From the NCBI GenBank assembly GCA_963665295.1, contig OY762209.1, positions 4,864,001 through 4,928,000 of the forward strand: a DNA stretch of 64,000 bases. Direction: 5' to 3'. The notes under the pieces are model-generated. The model did not search any database, was not told where the DNA came from, and worked only from the letters and a program-made list of their open reading frames with translations. Within the stretch, counting starts at the first letter, position 1. Every line of letters starts with the position of its first letter. Positions 36,948-47,903 of this stretch are shown here, in pieces. A program made the position numbers and the translations under genes. Origin of the DNA: Syntrophorhabdaceae bacterium. GTDB taxonomy: Bacteria; Desulfobacterota; Syntrophorhabdia; Syntrophorhabdales; Syntrophorhabdaceae.

Positions 36948-38522
36948 TTACTTCCATGGGGGCTTGAGCACGGGAAAATCGAATTCTATGAGAAACGGCT
37001 CGTCCCAGGTCACGTCGCGCCGGAGTATGGCTTCCAACCGGCCCAACGTCCTCGCCCTCTTCGCCTTGATGCCGAAAGACCTTGCAAGTTTCACAAAGTC
37101 GGGGTTAGTGAGGGCCATGGACCCTTTTATGCCGTACGACGAGTCCATGTAATCCTCAAGGACACCGTAACTGTTATTGTTGTACACGAGGACCACAACG
37201 GGGATACCATAGCGCTTTATCGTCGCAAGTTCCCCCGCGGTGGAGAGAAAACCGCCGTCCCCCGACACGCTGAGGCACGGCCGGTCGGGTCGTCCCAGTT
37301 TCGCGCCTATGGCAGCGGGAAATCCATAGAAGATGGGGGATATCCCCCTCGGCATGATAAACGACCTCTGGTGGATAACCGGAAAGTAATACTCTGCCCA
37401 ATATGCGATAAGGTTGGAGTCCCACACGGTTGTCGTCTCTTCGGGGATGCTCTCCCGGATCAGTTTTATAATCCGGAACCCGGGATATTTCTTTTCGAGG
37501 GCTTCCCTCTCCCTCTTCTCCGCCTCTTTCAACTCCTGGAGCCCCCATTCAAAACGACCGCCCTTAAGGACACCCCCGAGCTTCGGCAACAGGGCTGCCA
37601 TATCCCCTGCAAGGGCCACCTTCGCGGGGTAGTTCCGGCTGATCCACCTGTCGTCCGTATCCAGGTGGACGAGGTTCCTTATTTTCACGCCCCTTGCCTT
37701 CGCGTCCACTTCGCGGAGTCTCGTGCCGAGGGCAATGACCACGTCGGCGCGGTTCAGGATGTCCCTGGCAACCCCTTTTTGCATTACGTTGCCGAAGGCC
37801 CAGGCTCTGTCTTCGGACAGCACGCCCTTGCCCGCGGTGGTGGTGAGAAAAGGAATGCCCATCTCCTCGCATATGCCGTCGAGGACCAGCCTCAACTCTT
37901 CCCTCATCAGGGATTTGCCCCCTATGATGACAGGCCTCGCGACGCCCGACAGGGTTTCCTTCAGGCTGCCCGGGTCAAGATGCTCCTCGTGACCCGGGAG
38001 ATCCCCATCCGGCACAAAGGGCACATGTTTCTCAAGAAACCTGTAGGGGATAGAGATGACCACCGGGCCCCTCCTCTCCGTGACGGCGGTATGGTATGCC
38101 CGGTCGAGGAACGGGACAAGATCGTCCTTTCGGGAGACGACAAAAGTCCTTTTCGTAAACCGTGCGAACATCGATTCCGGCTCTTCGACCTCGTGGAGGA
38201 TCCCCTTGCCGATCTTTTCCCTGCCCGTGTCGATATGGACTACGAGGAGGGGCACATCATCCGAATGGGCCTCCATGCAGCCCGAGACAACATTGCCCAG
38301 GCCGGGGCCGGGAGTGACAATAAGAACACCCGCTTCCCCCGATGCCCGGGCATATCCGTCGGCCATAAAAGAAAGGCTCGATTCGTGTCGCCCATTGATA
38401 ATACGGATATTTTTGCTTGTGAAGCTTTCGTTCAAAGGAAGGCTGTGAATGCCCGGCAGATGAAATACATTTCTAATGCATTTTGTCTCAAAATAGTGTA
38501 ATATTGCGTCTTTACCGAGCAT
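36948..38522 (-). CDS. thiamine-diphosphate-dependent enzyme (acetolactate synthase/AruI-like)
   Basis: RHE...FMADGYAR, TPGPG, GDGGF...NNNSYG. Confidence 0.9.
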   Translation of the reverse strand: MLGKDAILHYFETKCIRNVFHLPGIHSLPLNESFTSKNIRIINGRHESSLSFMADGYARASGEAGVLIVTPGPGLGNVVSGCMEAHSDDVPLLVVHIDTGREKIGKGILHEVEEPESMFARFTKRTFVVSRKDDLVPFLDRAYHTAVTERRGPVVISIPYRFLEKHVPFVPDGDLPGHEEHLDPGSLKETLSGVARPVIIGGKSLMREELRLVLDGICEEMGIPFLTTTAGKGVLSEDRAWAFGNVMQKGVARDILNRADVVIALGTRLREVDAKARGVKIRNLVHLDTDDRWISRNYPAKVALAGDMAALLPKLGGVLKGGRFEWGLQELKEAEKREREALEKKYPGFRIIKLIRESIPEETTTVWDSNLIAYWAEYYFPVIHQRSFIMPRGISPIFYGFPAAIGAKLGRPDRPCLSVSGDGGFLSTAGELATIKRYGIPVVVLVYNNNSYGVLEDYMDSSYGIKGSMALTNPDFVKLARSFGIKAKRARTLGRLEAILRRDVTWDEPFLIEFDFPVLKPPWK

Positions 38523-38579
38523 TGTCCATACGAGTTCTGAGTTTAGCATAGTAGTACTAAAAGTTAAATAAAATTTTAC

Positions 38580-38618
38580 TTGACAATATTCCTGATTATT
38601 TTGTTTAATACTGTAAAC
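38580..38618 (+). promoter_or_regulatory. divergent promoter region with palindrome (candidate operator)
   Basis: TTGACA at 38580; GTTTA-atactg-TAAAC (38603-38618) over the -10. Confidence 0.5.
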
Positions 38619-38645
38619 TTCTTGTGAGTGTATATTGTTAGTGAT

Positions 38646-39197
38646 ATGAATATCGGCGGATCAAGTATAGGTGAAAGAATAAAGATGCTGCGGCAGGCAA
38701 AGTCACTGACGCAGGAGGAGCTTGCCTCGAGGGCGGGCCTCACAAAAGGGTTCATCTCGCAGATCGAGAGAAACCTCACATCTTTATCGGTTGAGAGTCT
38801 CATCGGTATTCTCGACGCCCTTGACGAGAAGCCGTCGACCTTTTTTGACGGTGCCTTTGACGAGCAGATCGTCTTTAAGCTGAAAGACCGGGTGGAGCTG
38901 GAAATGGATGATGTGAAGTCTTTCCAGATACTCGTTCCCGCGGCTCAGAACAGACTTATGGACCCTGCCCTTCTTGAAATGGACGCAGGAGAGAAGACAC
39001 CCGAAGAGGAACCCCACGAAGGGGAGGAATTCGGTCTTGTCCTCTCAGGCAGTATAGAGCTTGTACTCGGTGCAAAGATATACAAGCTGAAGAAAGGCGA
39101 GTGTTTTTATTTCAAGGCAACACGGAAACATTATATAGTGAACAGGCGGACGAACAAGGCGTTTGTTCTGTGGGTATCTTCGCCTCCTAATTTTTGA
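38646..39197 (+). CDS. XRE-cupin transcriptional regulator (PuuR-like)
   Basis: LTQEELASRAGLTKGFISQIERNLTS, HEGEEFG, WVSSPPNF. Confidence 0.9.
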   Translation: MNIGGSSIGERIKMLRQAKSLTQEELASRAGLTKGFISQIERNLTSLSVESLIGILDALDEKPSTFFDGAFDEQIVFKLKDRVELEMDDVKSFQILVPAAQNRLMDPALLEMDAGEKTPEEEPHEGEEFGLVLSGSIELVLGAKIYKLKKGECFYFKATRKHYIVNRRTNKAFVLWVSSPPNF

Positions 39198-39549
39198 TGC
39201 CTTTCAGGCATAGAAACAGGACGGAGGACCATGGGGGATGAAACCGGGGAAAAGCCGGACACGCGTACGATGAGAGGCTGCAGAGACAGCGGCGGCGTCT
39301 TCGTACAGCGCGTCCTTTCACCTTCGTTTGATCCTCCCGTAACATGTGGCATGGTCCGTACGGCCCATGAAATTATAGATGCGGTGATAAGGTGAAAGGG
39401 CAGGTCTTTGAGATCTGCACATACCTGAGATAGAGGCTCGGTGCCAGGCCTGGCTCCATAGGGAGACAAAGTAGGCGCAACCGGATTTCTTATGTAAAGA
39501 AATCACCCACAAACCTGTTGGGTATTAAAGAGTTTGGGAGGTGGTCAAA

Positions 39550-40023
39550 GTGATTATTAAAACACCCACGACATTTTTTCTTGTGAGCGGCTCATCCGAG
39601 GGGTTCTCGCTGCTGAATGCATTTGACGGCGCACTCATGGCCTCGGGCGTCGGAGACACCAATCTGGTCAGAATGAGTAGCATTCTTCCCCCCGGCTGCG
39701 TGGAAGTCAAGCCGGCACCTGTTCCGATGCCTCAAGGGGCCCTCGTGCCGGTGGCCTACGCGTCACTTTACAGCGATGTTCCGGGAGAAATCATATCTTC
39801 CGCGGTGGCAATAGGCATACCGCAGGATAGAAGCTTGGCCGGCCTGATCATGGAGTATTCCGCGAAGGCCGAAGAAGAGATAGTAGTGCAGCAGGTCAAG
39901 AAGATGGTGGAAAAGGGCATGGAACAGAGAAAACGTCCGATCAAGGAAATCATGTCCATCTCCGCCACGTATAAAGTGGTCACCATAGGCGCAACCTTCG
40001 CCGGTGTAGTGCTGTGGGATTAG
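39550..40023 (+). CDS. pdaD: pyruvoyl-dependent arginine decarboxylase
   Basis: LNAFDGAL..SGVGDTNLVRMSSILPP (Ser-Ser cleavage site); GGAGGTG SD. Confidence 0.88.
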   Translation: MIIKTPTTFFLVSGSSEGFSLLNAFDGALMASGVGDTNLVRMSSILPPGCVEVKPAPVPMPQGALVPVAYASLYSDVPGEIISSAVAIGIPQDRSLAGLIMEYSAKAEEEIVVQQVKKMVEKGMEQRKRPIKEIMSISATYKVVTIGATFAGVVLWD

Positions 40024-40179
40024 CTTCAAGTCCGGTGAAGGCATGGGGTTTATTGTGGCCGGACCTGTCCCCGCGGTCGGAAAAGAGTCGAAACCGGAAG
40101 TCGAAGGAATCCACATCCACGTCAGGAATGCCCGCGCTCTGCAATTCTTTTTGACCTCAATCCAGGGAGTTCTTTTTTC

Positions 40180-41007
40180 ATGAAAGGTGTATTCAACAGC
40201 AATTACATGGGGTCCTTGGAGGATGAGGGACAGGCGGGCATCATCATGGTCGGTTTCCCCCTCGATGCCACATCTTCTTTCCGGGGAGGGACCAAGTTCG
40301 CTCCGGAAAGCATAAGAAAGGCGTCATGGACCCTCGAAACATATAGTCCCTACCTCAAACAGGACCTCGATGAAATAGCTTTTCACGATGCAGGAAACGC
40401 AGAGCTTCGTCCCGGTAGTCTGGAATATTCACTGGCCCTCATAGAGAGCACGGTAACAGGAATAGTGCAGGGGAGCAAGAAACCTCTGTCTTTGGGCGGC
40501 GAGCATCTTGTGACTTACCCCATCCTGAAGGCGATAAAGAAACGGTTCGAGAACGTACAGATTGTGCACTTCGATGCCCACTGCGACTTGAGGGACGAAT
40601 ATGAGGGGCAAGAGCTCTCCCATGCGACGGTCATGAAGCGTGTGAAGGAACTGGGAGGGTCGGCAATTTTTCAGATAGGGATACGGTCGGGGACAAAACA
40701 GGAGTTCGAGGAGCTTCTTCCCATCGATTCACCTTCGCAGCTCGCAACTCGCCTCAACCGGAATATGCCTGTGTACATCACCTTCGATATGGACGTCCTT
40801 GACCCATCCCTCGTTTCCGGGGTGACGACCCCCGAGCCCGGAGGCCTCACATTCAGGGAAGTTATGGAATATTTTGCGGTGTTTCAGGGGATGAACATCG
40901 TTGGTGCGGATATAGTAGAACTGGCTCCCGATTACGATACGACTTTCGTTTCTTCCGTCTCGGCCTCAAAGGTCGTGAGGGAGATCCTCATGCTCTTGCA
41001 TTCCTAG
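40180..41007 (+). CDS. speB: agmatinase
   Basis: GGEHLVT, HFDAHCDLRD, DMDVLDPS..GVTTPEPGG. Confidence 0.92.
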   Translation: MKGVFNSNYMGSLEDEGQAGIIMVGFPLDATSSFRGGTKFAPESIRKASWTLETYSPYLKQDLDEIAFHDAGNAELRPGSLEYSLALIESTVTGIVQGSKKPLSLGGEHLVTYPILKAIKKRFENVQIVHFDAHCDLRDEYEGQELSHATVMKRVKELGGSAIFQIGIRSGTKQEFEELLPIDSPSQLATRLNRNMPVYITFDMDVLDPSLVSGVTTPEPGGLTFREVMEYFAVFQGMNIVGADIVELAPDYDTTFVSSVSASKVVREILMLLHS

Positions 41008-41127
41008 GGAGAGACGTTGCATCGGCCGGGACAGGCCCCTCTTAAATCAGGGACACCGACCGGCGGCGTCCATGGTCCGCGATATCAGGAATAAAGCAGG
41101 TACAACCAGCCGGGTAGGAGAACATTT

Positions 41128-42366
41128 ATGGATAGTGCAAAGAATAAGGGAAGGATAATGATAATCGGCGCCGGCGGGGTTGCGACCGTGGCAGTTCACA
41201 AGTGTGCCCAAAACCCCCAGGTCTTCAAGGAGATTATGGTGGCAAGCAGGACAGTCTCCAAGTGTGAGGCCATAAAGTCGGATATTCTCGAGAGGTACGG
41301 GAGGGAGATTCAGATTGCCGGGGTCGATGCCGACAACGTACCGGAACTGACCGCACTTATTGAGAGGTTTCAGCCCTACGCCGTCCTCAACCTTGCCCTT
41401 CCCTACCAGGATCTTCACATCATGGATGCCTGTCTCGAGACAGGGGTGCATTACATAGATACCGCCAATTACGAGCCCCCCGACGAGGCCCATTTCGAAT
41501 ACAGTTGGCAGTGGGCCTATCAGGAGAGGTTCAGAGAAAAAGGGATCATGGCGCTCCTCGGTTCGGGGTTCGACCCGGGCGTCACGAACGTCTTTACCGC
41601 CTATGCGTCGAAGCACCTCTTCGACGAAATAGACTACCTCGATATACTCGACTGCAACGCGGGGAGCCACGGACACGCGTTTGCCACAAACTTCAATCCC
41701 GAGATCAATATCCGCGAAGTGACACAGGCCGTGAGGCACTGGGAAGAGGGGAAATGGGTGGAAACACCCGCCATAATAGAGGAGGGCAGTGTCCATTTCG
41801 ATTTCGATTACCCGGTAGCCGGGGTAAAGGACAGCTACCTTCTTTATCACGAAGAACTTGAATCCCTTATCCGGCATATAAAAGGACTGAAAAGGGCCCG
41901 TTTCTGGATGACTTTCTCCGGCAATTACCTCAACCACCTGAGGGTGCTCAAGAGCGTGGGCATGACGAGGATAGACGAGGTCGATTACGAAGGATGCAAG
42001 GTCGTCCCCGTAAAATTTCTCAAGGCCCTCCTCCCTGAACCCGCTTCCCTCGGAACGGGATATACGGGCAAGACGGTTATCGGCAACATCATGACCGGGA
42101 AGAAGGACGGCAAGGCCATGACCAGATATATCTACAACGTGTGCGACCACGAGGAAGCATTCAAGGAAACGGGAACCCAGGCGATCGCTTATACCACGGG
42201 AGTGCCGGCCATGATCGGGGCCATGATGGTGCTCACAGGGGTCTGGCAGGGGACCGGTGTATATAATATAGAACAATTCGACCCTGACCCGTTTATGGAG
42301 GGTTTGAACAGATACGGCCTTCCATGGCAGGTAGTGGAGCATGCCCCCCTCCCCGAAGGGGTCTGA
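41128..42366 (+). CDS. carboxy(nor)spermidine dehydrogenase (saccharopine dehydrogenase family)
   Basis: IIGAGGV, NLALPYQDL, DTANYEP, GFDPGVT, ATNFNPEINIRE. Confidence 0.92.
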   Translation: MDSAKNKGRIMIIGAGGVATVAVHKCAQNPQVFKEIMVASRTVSKCEAIKSDILERYGREIQIAGVDADNVPELTALIERFQPYAVLNLALPYQDLHIMDACLETGVHYIDTANYEPPDEAHFEYSWQWAYQERFREKGIMALLGSGFDPGVTNVFTAYASKHLFDEIDYLDILDCNAGSHGHAFATNFNPEINIREVTQAVRHWEEGKWVETPAIIEEGSVHFDFDYPVAGVKDSYLLYHEELESLIRHIKGLKRARFWMTFSGNYLNHLRVLKSVGMTRIDEVDYEGCKVVPVKFLKALLPEPASLGTGYTGKTVIGNIMTGKKDGKAMTRYIYNVCDHEEAFKETGTQAIAYTTGVPAMIGAMMVLTGVWQGTGVYNIEQFDPDPFMEGLNRYGLPWQVVEHAPLPEGV

Positions 42367-42376
42367 AGCCGCCTTC

Positions 42377-43714
42377 ATGGACACCGCCACGCAGATCGAC
42401 GAAATGATCCGGGCAGTTCGGGCCGGGGACGTGTGCGCCGCGGGTAAATATCACGCCTTGTCCGCCGATGCACGGCAAAGGGCGCTCGATGCCCTCGCCG
42501 GGGAGAAGCCGTCACTCACGGCGCTTATCAAAGGCTCCGGAAAGACTGCGTTCGAGGCGGGGGACCGAAGGTTTCTCGAAATTGCCGCCGGCCCCATGGC
42601 GACCCCCGTGTACCTCCTTGACGAAACCCTCATCGAAGAAAACATGCGGGTCATGAGATATGTGAAGGACCGCACGGGTTGCCGGATTTTGCACGCCTTG
42701 AAATCATACGCCTCATTCACCACGTTCCCCCTGATGAGCAGATACCTGGACGGCACGTGCGCAAGCGGCCTCAACGAGGCGAGGCTCGGCCGGGAGGAAT
42801 TCGGAAAAGAGGTATTCACCTTCCAGGCGGCGTACAGAGAGGGCGACATAGGGCCTATACTCAAGTATTCCGACGCCATTATTTTCAACTCCTTCCATCA
42901 ACTCGACAAATATGGGCATATGGCGAAAAGAAAGGGCGTGCAAAGAGGATTGAGGGTAAATCCGGGATATTCCGAGGTGACCACGGACATGTACAACCCC
43001 TGTGCGCCCTGTTCGAGGCTCGGTATCGTCCACGGGGACTTCATCGAGGAATTCCCGAAACGAAAAGAGATGGTGGACGGACTCCACTTCCACGCTATGT
43101 GCGAGCAGAATTCGGATGTCCTCGAAAGGGTCCTGGCGTCCTTCGAGAGACTCTACGGACCGTATATCAAGGGTCTGAAATGGGTCAATTTCGGAGGCGG
43201 TCACCACATAACCCGCGACGATTACGACCTGGAGCGTCTCATCAGGCTCATAAACAGCTTCAAGGAAAGGTACGGGGTGGAGGTATACCTCGAACCCGGC
43301 GAAGCGAGCGTCTATCACGGGGGTGTTCTTATCTCGTCCGTCCTCGACATAGCGCGGAACGAAATGGAGATCGCCATAATAGACGCCTCGGCGGAAGCGC
43401 ATATGCCCGATGTGCTGCTCATGCCCTACAGGCCATATATAATGGGGTCGGGCCTGCCGGGCGAGAAGGAATATACCTACAGGATCGCGGGACCAAGCTG
43501 CCTCGCAGGAGACGTGGTGGGCGACTATTCCTTCGATCGGCCTTTAAAAAGGGGGGACAGGCTGGTTTTTTCGGATATGGCCCTCTACAGCATCGTAAAG
43601 AACACTACCTTTAACGGGATAAACCTCCCCGACATCGCAGCAATAAGGGATGGAGGACGGGTGGAGACGGTGCGGAAGTTCGGTTACAGGGATTACAAAG
43701 GAAGGCAATCGTAA
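42377..43714 (+). CDS. nspC: carboxynorspermidine decarboxylase
   Basis: ALKSY, ASGLNEA, GLHFHAMCEQ, NFGGGHHIT, EPGEA, CLAGD, VKNTTFNG. Confidence 0.92.
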   Translation: MDTATQIDEMIRAVRAGDVCAAGKYHALSADARQRALDALAGEKPSLTALIKGSGKTAFEAGDRRFLEIAAGPMATPVYLLDETLIEENMRVMRYVKDRTGCRILHALKSYASFTTFPLMSRYLDGTCASGLNEARLGREEFGKEVFTFQAAYREGDIGPILKYSDAIIFNSFHQLDKYGHMAKRKGVQRGLRVNPGYSEVTTDMYNPCAPCSRLGIVHGDFIEEFPKRKEMVDGLHFHAMCEQNSDVLERVLASFERLYGPYIKGLKWVNFGGGHHITRDDYDLERLIRLINSFKERYGVEVYLEPGEASVYHGGVLISSVLDIARNEMEIAIIDASAEAHMPDVLLMPYRPYIMGSGLPGEKEYTYRIAGPSCLAGDVVGDYSFDRPLKRGDRLVFSDMALYSIVKNTTFNGINLPDIAAIRDGGRVETVRKFGYRDYKGRQS

Positions 43715-43798
43715 GACGGGGCCCTTTTTGCAACTCCCCGTTTTATCAGGCAACAGAAGGACCGGTTCGCCGGACAAAGAGAGAAGGAGGCTCACACA

Positions 43799-44242
43799 AT
43801 GAAGATCGACATTACCAAAGAGCAGTATGAAACGCTGATGAAAACCGTGTACCTGGCGAACTGGATGGCCGGTTCCGCGCAGGACGAACCGGATCAGGAA
43901 TTCGAGGGTTTCGAGCAGTATGTACTCTCCCTCGCGAAGGATTTCGGACTCGACGCGTACAGCGCCTTTGACGAAGAAGGGAAACTCTACTACCCCACAG
44001 AGGAATTCGAGGAAAAGACGGGCATTGTGGACACCATAGGAAACTACAACATGTATGCCGTGTGGGAAGAAATGGTCCTCTCCCTCTCAAGGCGCGACCT
44101 TATGGCCGAGTTCGGTGAAGATGCCGTTTCAGCCATGTCCGAAGAGGAACTCATGGAAAAGGAATACCCCTACATCCTGAAGTACGAAGAGGAATTCAGG
44201 GAAAACGGCTTTCAAAACCTCTTCCTGTCGAAGAAGGAATAG
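43799..44242 (+). CDS. acidic hypothetical protein
   Basis: AAGGAGG SD, host-like codon usage. Confidence 0.75.
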   Translation: MKIDITKEQYETLMKTVYLANWMAGSAQDEPDQEFEGFEQYVLSLAKDFGLDAYSAFDEEGKLYYPTEEFEEKTGIVDTIGNYNMYAVWEEMVLSLSRRDLMAEFGEDAVSAMSEEELMEKEYPYILKYEEEFRENGFQNLFLSKKE

Positions 44243-44364
44243 GGCCGCCTCTGCCGGGGAGTCCCAAAAGTCTTGATAATTTGCGAAGTTGAGGTTATAA
44301 TAACGTCGAATAAATAATAATCGAAACGGAATAAGTCCGCTCGCATATTTTCCTGGAGGAACGC

Positions 44365-45651
44365 ATGAAGGTTGAAGTTACGAGTGTTGATCAGGTAAGG
44401 AAGAAGGTAGAAGTGATTCTTCCAGAAGAGAAGGTAAAAGATATTGAGAATGAAATATATGACGAGCTCAAGAAACAGGCGAAGATAAAAGGTTTCCGGC
44501 CCGGCAAAACTCCCAGATCGATCATAGCAGCCTATTACAAGGACTATATCGAGGAAGAGGTAAAGAAAAGGATGGTCCAGTCCACCATGGGAGAAGCCCT
44601 TTCCAAGGCAGAAGTAGCGCCTCTCACGGAACCCATTGTAGATTTCATCGACAATGACGGACAGCATGGATATACCCTCGAGTGCGAAATAGAGCCCGAG
44701 ATCGAACTCCCCGAGTACAAAGGCATCCAGGTGGAAACGGCCAAAATAGCGGTCACCGATGAGGAAGTCGCGGAAAGGATTGAGAAGCTCCGGAATATGC
44801 ATGCGGAGATGCGCATGAAGGAAGGAGATGCGGGCGCACAGAAGGGAGATTTCGTCATCATCAAATATCAGGGCTATATGGACGGCAAACCCGTACCTGA
44901 GATCGCCACTGAAGGATATCCCCTTGAAATGGGCACCACAACCCTGCTTCCGGAATTCGAGGCCGCCCTCATCGGTTTGAAAGCCGGTGACGAAAAAGAG
45001 GTGACCATTGATTTCCCGGAAGACTATCCCGACACCAGCATCGCGTCCAAGACCATTGTCTTCCAAGTAACGGTTAAGGAGATCAGGGAGAAGGTGCTGC
45101 CCGACCTGAACGAGGAACTCGCGAAAGACCTTTCTTTCGAGTCCGTGGAAGGTCTGAAGGAAAGCATAGTAAAGGACATTGAAACGGAAAAGAAGGACCT
45201 CGATAAGAGAAGCGTGACCCAGCAGATTATAACCTCCCTTATCGCCGCCTCCGACGTGCCTGTGCCCCAGCGACTCCTCGAGAGAAGGATAGAGTCCATG
45301 GTGGACGAGGCAAAATCACGGTTCCAGGGACAGGGGGCGCCCAAACTAGGCGCCGAAGAGGAAAGGGCCCTTGACGAAAACCTGAAGAAAGAGTTCGCTT
45401 CGAGGGCATTGGACCGGATAAAAGCGGAGATAATCCTCACCAAGATTGCAAGAAAAGAAGAGATAAAAGTAACCGACGAAGAAGTCGAGGAAAAGATAAA
45501 GAAGTTTGCTGAAGATTCGAGACGGCCCTATGCGGAAGTTTTCGGGTTCTATCAGCAGTATGGCCTCATCAACAGCCTCAGGCAGAGCATCATAGAGGAA
45601 AAGGCCGTCGATATGGTCAGGGAACATGCAGTGGCAAAGGAGAAGGAATGA
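44365..45651 (+). CDS. tig: trigger factor
   Basis: GFRPGK signature, FKBP domain, synteny with clpPX. Confidence 0.95.
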   Translation: MKVEVTSVDQVRKKVEVILPEEKVKDIENEIYDELKKQAKIKGFRPGKTPRSIIAAYYKDYIEEEVKKRMVQSTMGEALSKAEVAPLTEPIVDFIDNDGQHGYTLECEIEPEIELPEYKGIQVETAKIAVTDEEVAERIEKLRNMHAEMRMKEGDAGAQKGDFVIIKYQGYMDGKPVPEIATEGYPLEMGTTTLLPEFEAALIGLKAGDEKEVTIDFPEDYPDTSIASKTIVFQVTVKEIREKVLPDLNEELAKDLSFESVEGLKESIVKDIETEKKDLDKRSVTQQIITSLIAASDVPVPQRLLERRIESMVDEAKSRFQGQGAPKLGAEEERALDENLKKEFASRALDRIKAEIILTKIARKEEIKVTDEEVEEKIKKFAEDSRRPYAEVFGFYQQYGLINSLRQSIIEEKAVDMVREHAVAKEKE

Positions 45652-46232
45652 ATCTTGTACCAATAGTAATTGAGAAAGACGGCAGAGGAGAGCGGGCTTA
45701 TGACATCTACTCCAAACTGCTGAAGGAAAGGATCGTGTTTCTGGGGTCGGCCATCGATGACAACGTGGCCAACATCGTTATCGCCCAGTTGCTGTTCCTT
45801 GAGTCGGAAGACCCGACAAGAGAAATATCCATGTACATAAACAGTCCCGGCGGCTACATCACCAGCGGGCTCGCCATATACGATACAATGCAGTACATCA
45901 AGTCCCCCGTAGCTACCATGTGTCTCGGTCAGGCGGCGAGTATGGCGGCGGTGCTTCTCGGCGCGGGAGAAAAAGGCAAGCGATATGCCCTCCCCCATTC
46001 AAGGGTGCTCATCCACCAGCCTCTCGGCGGAGCCCAGGGACAGGCAACCGATATCGGTATCCAGGCGAAGGAGATACTCCGGACGAGAGAAGAGCTGAAT
46101 GACATCCTGGCGCGTCACACAGGTCAGAACATCGAGCGGATTGTGCAGGACACGGAGAGAGATTTTTACATGACTGCCCCACAAGCCCTCGAATATGGTA
46201 TTATAGATGAGATAGTGGAGAAACGGAAATGA
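45648..46232 (+). CDS. clpP: ATP-dependent Clp protease proteolytic subunit
   Basis: YINSPGG, GQAASM, IHQPLGG. Confidence 0.97.
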   Translation: MNLVPIVIEKDGRGERAYDIYSKLLKERIVFLGSAIDDNVANIVIAQLLFLESEDPTREISMYINSPGGYITSGLAIYDTMQYIKSPVATMCLGQAASMAAVLLGAGEKGKRYALPHSRVLIHQPLGGAQGQATDIGIQAKEILRTREELNDILARHTGQNIERIVQDTERDFYMTAPQALEYGIIDEIVEKRK

Positions 46233-47488
46233 CGATGATCAAGAAAAATAACGGGAGGACGATGAAATTGCATTGTTCTTTTTGCGGTAAGAGCCAGGAT
46301 GAAGTAAAAAAGCTGATTGCAGGCCCCATGGTCTACATCTGCAACGAATGCATTGAACTCTGCAATGAGATCATACAGGACGAGGCAAAGAAGGAAAGGT
46401 TCGACTATATAAAGACGTCCATACCGAAACCTCATGAGATCAGGAAGCTTCTCGATGAGTACGTCATCGGTCAGGATTATGCCAAAAAGATCCTTTCGGT
46501 GGCGGTGTACAACCACTACAAGAGGATTGAAGCGAAGTCCACCTTCGACGACATTGAGATCCAGAAGAGCAACATTCTCATGATCGGGCCCACGGGCTCC
46601 GGAAAAACACTCCTGGCCCAGACCCTTGCCAAGGTGCTCCACGTCCCCTTCACCATAGCGGACGCCACCACCCTTACAGAGGCCGGGTATGTAGGTGAAG
46701 ATGTTGAAAACATCATTCTCTACCTGCTCCAGGCGGCGGATTATAACATCGAGAAGGCGGAAAGGGGCATCGTGTACATTGACGAAATCGATAAGATCTC
46801 GCGCAAGACAGACAGCCCTTCCATTACAAGGGACGTATCCGGAGAGGGCGTCCAGCAGGCCCTTCTCAAGATCATCGAAGGGACCGTCGCCAACGTGCCG
46901 CCCAAGGGCGGGAGGAAGCACCCTCAGCAGGATTACATCAAGGTAGACACCACAAATATCCTCTTTATCTGCGGTGGGGCCTTTAACAGCGTGGACTCCA
47001 TCGTCGCCGGCCGGATCGGCAAGAAAGGACTCGGCTTCGGCGTTGACATCGAAGGTGGTCGCGACAAGCTGTATTCCGAGTTGATGAGGGAGATCCAGCC
47101 CGAGGATCTGCTGAAATACGGGTTGATCCCCGAGTTCATAGGAAGGCTGCCTATCATCGCAACCCTCGACGAACTGAGCGAAGACAACCTCGTCGAGATC
47201 GTGAAGAGACCGAAGAACGCCATTTCGAAGCAGTACAAGAAACTCTTCGAGTTGGAAAATGTGAAGCTCACCTTTACGGAAGGCGCACTCCGTGGCATCG
47301 CCCGGGAAGCCATGAAGAAAAAAACGGGCGCCAGGGGCTTGAGGTCCATCATGGAGAAGGTCATGCTCGACGTCATGTATGAAATTCCCACGCTCTCCAA
47401 CGTGAAGGAATGCGTGGTGAACGAAGATGTCATCATGAACCACGAAAGACCGATAATGATATACGAGGAAGAAGCAGAGATTGCATAA
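46229..47488 (+). CDS. clpX: Clp protease ATP-binding subunit
   Basis: CSFCGK zinc finger, [15 protein letters not shown]. Confidence 0.97.
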   Translation: MTMIKKNNGRTMKLHCSFCGKSQDEVKKLIAGPMVYICNECIELCNEIIQDEAKKERFDYIKTSIPKPHEIRKLLDEYVIGQDYAKKILSVAVYNHYKRIEAKSTFDDIEIQKSNILMIGPTGSGKTLLAQTLAKVLHVPFTIADATTLTEAGYVGEDVENIILYLLQAADYNIEKAERGIVYIDEIDKISRKTDSPSITRDVSGEGVQQALLKIIEGTVANVPPKGGRKHPQQDYIKVDTTNILFICGGAFNSVDSIVAGRIGKKGLGFGVDIEGGRDKLYSELMREIQPEDLLKYGLIPEFIGRLPIIATLDELSEDNLVEIVKRPKNAISKQYKKLFELENVKLTFTEGALRGIAREAMKKKTGARGLRSIMEKVMLDVMYEIPTLSNVKECVVNEDVIMNHERPIMIYEEEAEIA

Positions 47489-47548
47489 ACGGGGCATTGA
47501 ACCGTTGACTTTTCCGCCCGAAGCTGCTATAGTTACCAACAGTGCAGC

Positions 47549-47623
47549 GGGCGGGTAGCTCAGCGGGAGAGCATCGGCCTTACAAGCCGGGGGTCGCAGG
47601 TTCAAAACCTGTCCCGCCTACCA
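47549..47623 (+). tRNA. tRNA-Val(TAC)
   Basis: GGGCGGG/CCCGCCT acceptor stem, anticodon loop CT-TAC-AA, encoded CCA. Confidence 0.95.
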
Positions 47624-47638
47624 TACATAGAATATCAC

Positions 47639-47716
<78 letters not shown>

Positions 47717-47726
47717 TTTAAGTGGC

Positions 47727-47762
47727 AACAGGAGGTCAGTTTTTCTGACCTCCTGTTTTTTT
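47727..47762 (+). terminator. intrinsic terminator after tRNAs
   Basis: AACAGGAGGTCAG / CTGACCTCCTGTT stem plus U-run. Confidence 0.9.
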
Positions 47763-47903
47763 GTGCCGCCATGGGGACGATTAGCCCGTTTCTCCCCCCT
47801 CCTGAAGCGTGTTCCTTTCTCTTTCCCCGAGCCACGGGGTCCTGTGTTTTTCTTCTTGACCTTTGCCTCCATTTTGCAAGATATTTATGGAAAGGGGAAG
47901 AAG

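Noticed and set aside
36948..38522. ThDP enzyme as partner of the B12 mutase (acetone-activation-like route)
   Set aside because: About 30 kb away and tied to the polyamine locus; no supporting linkage
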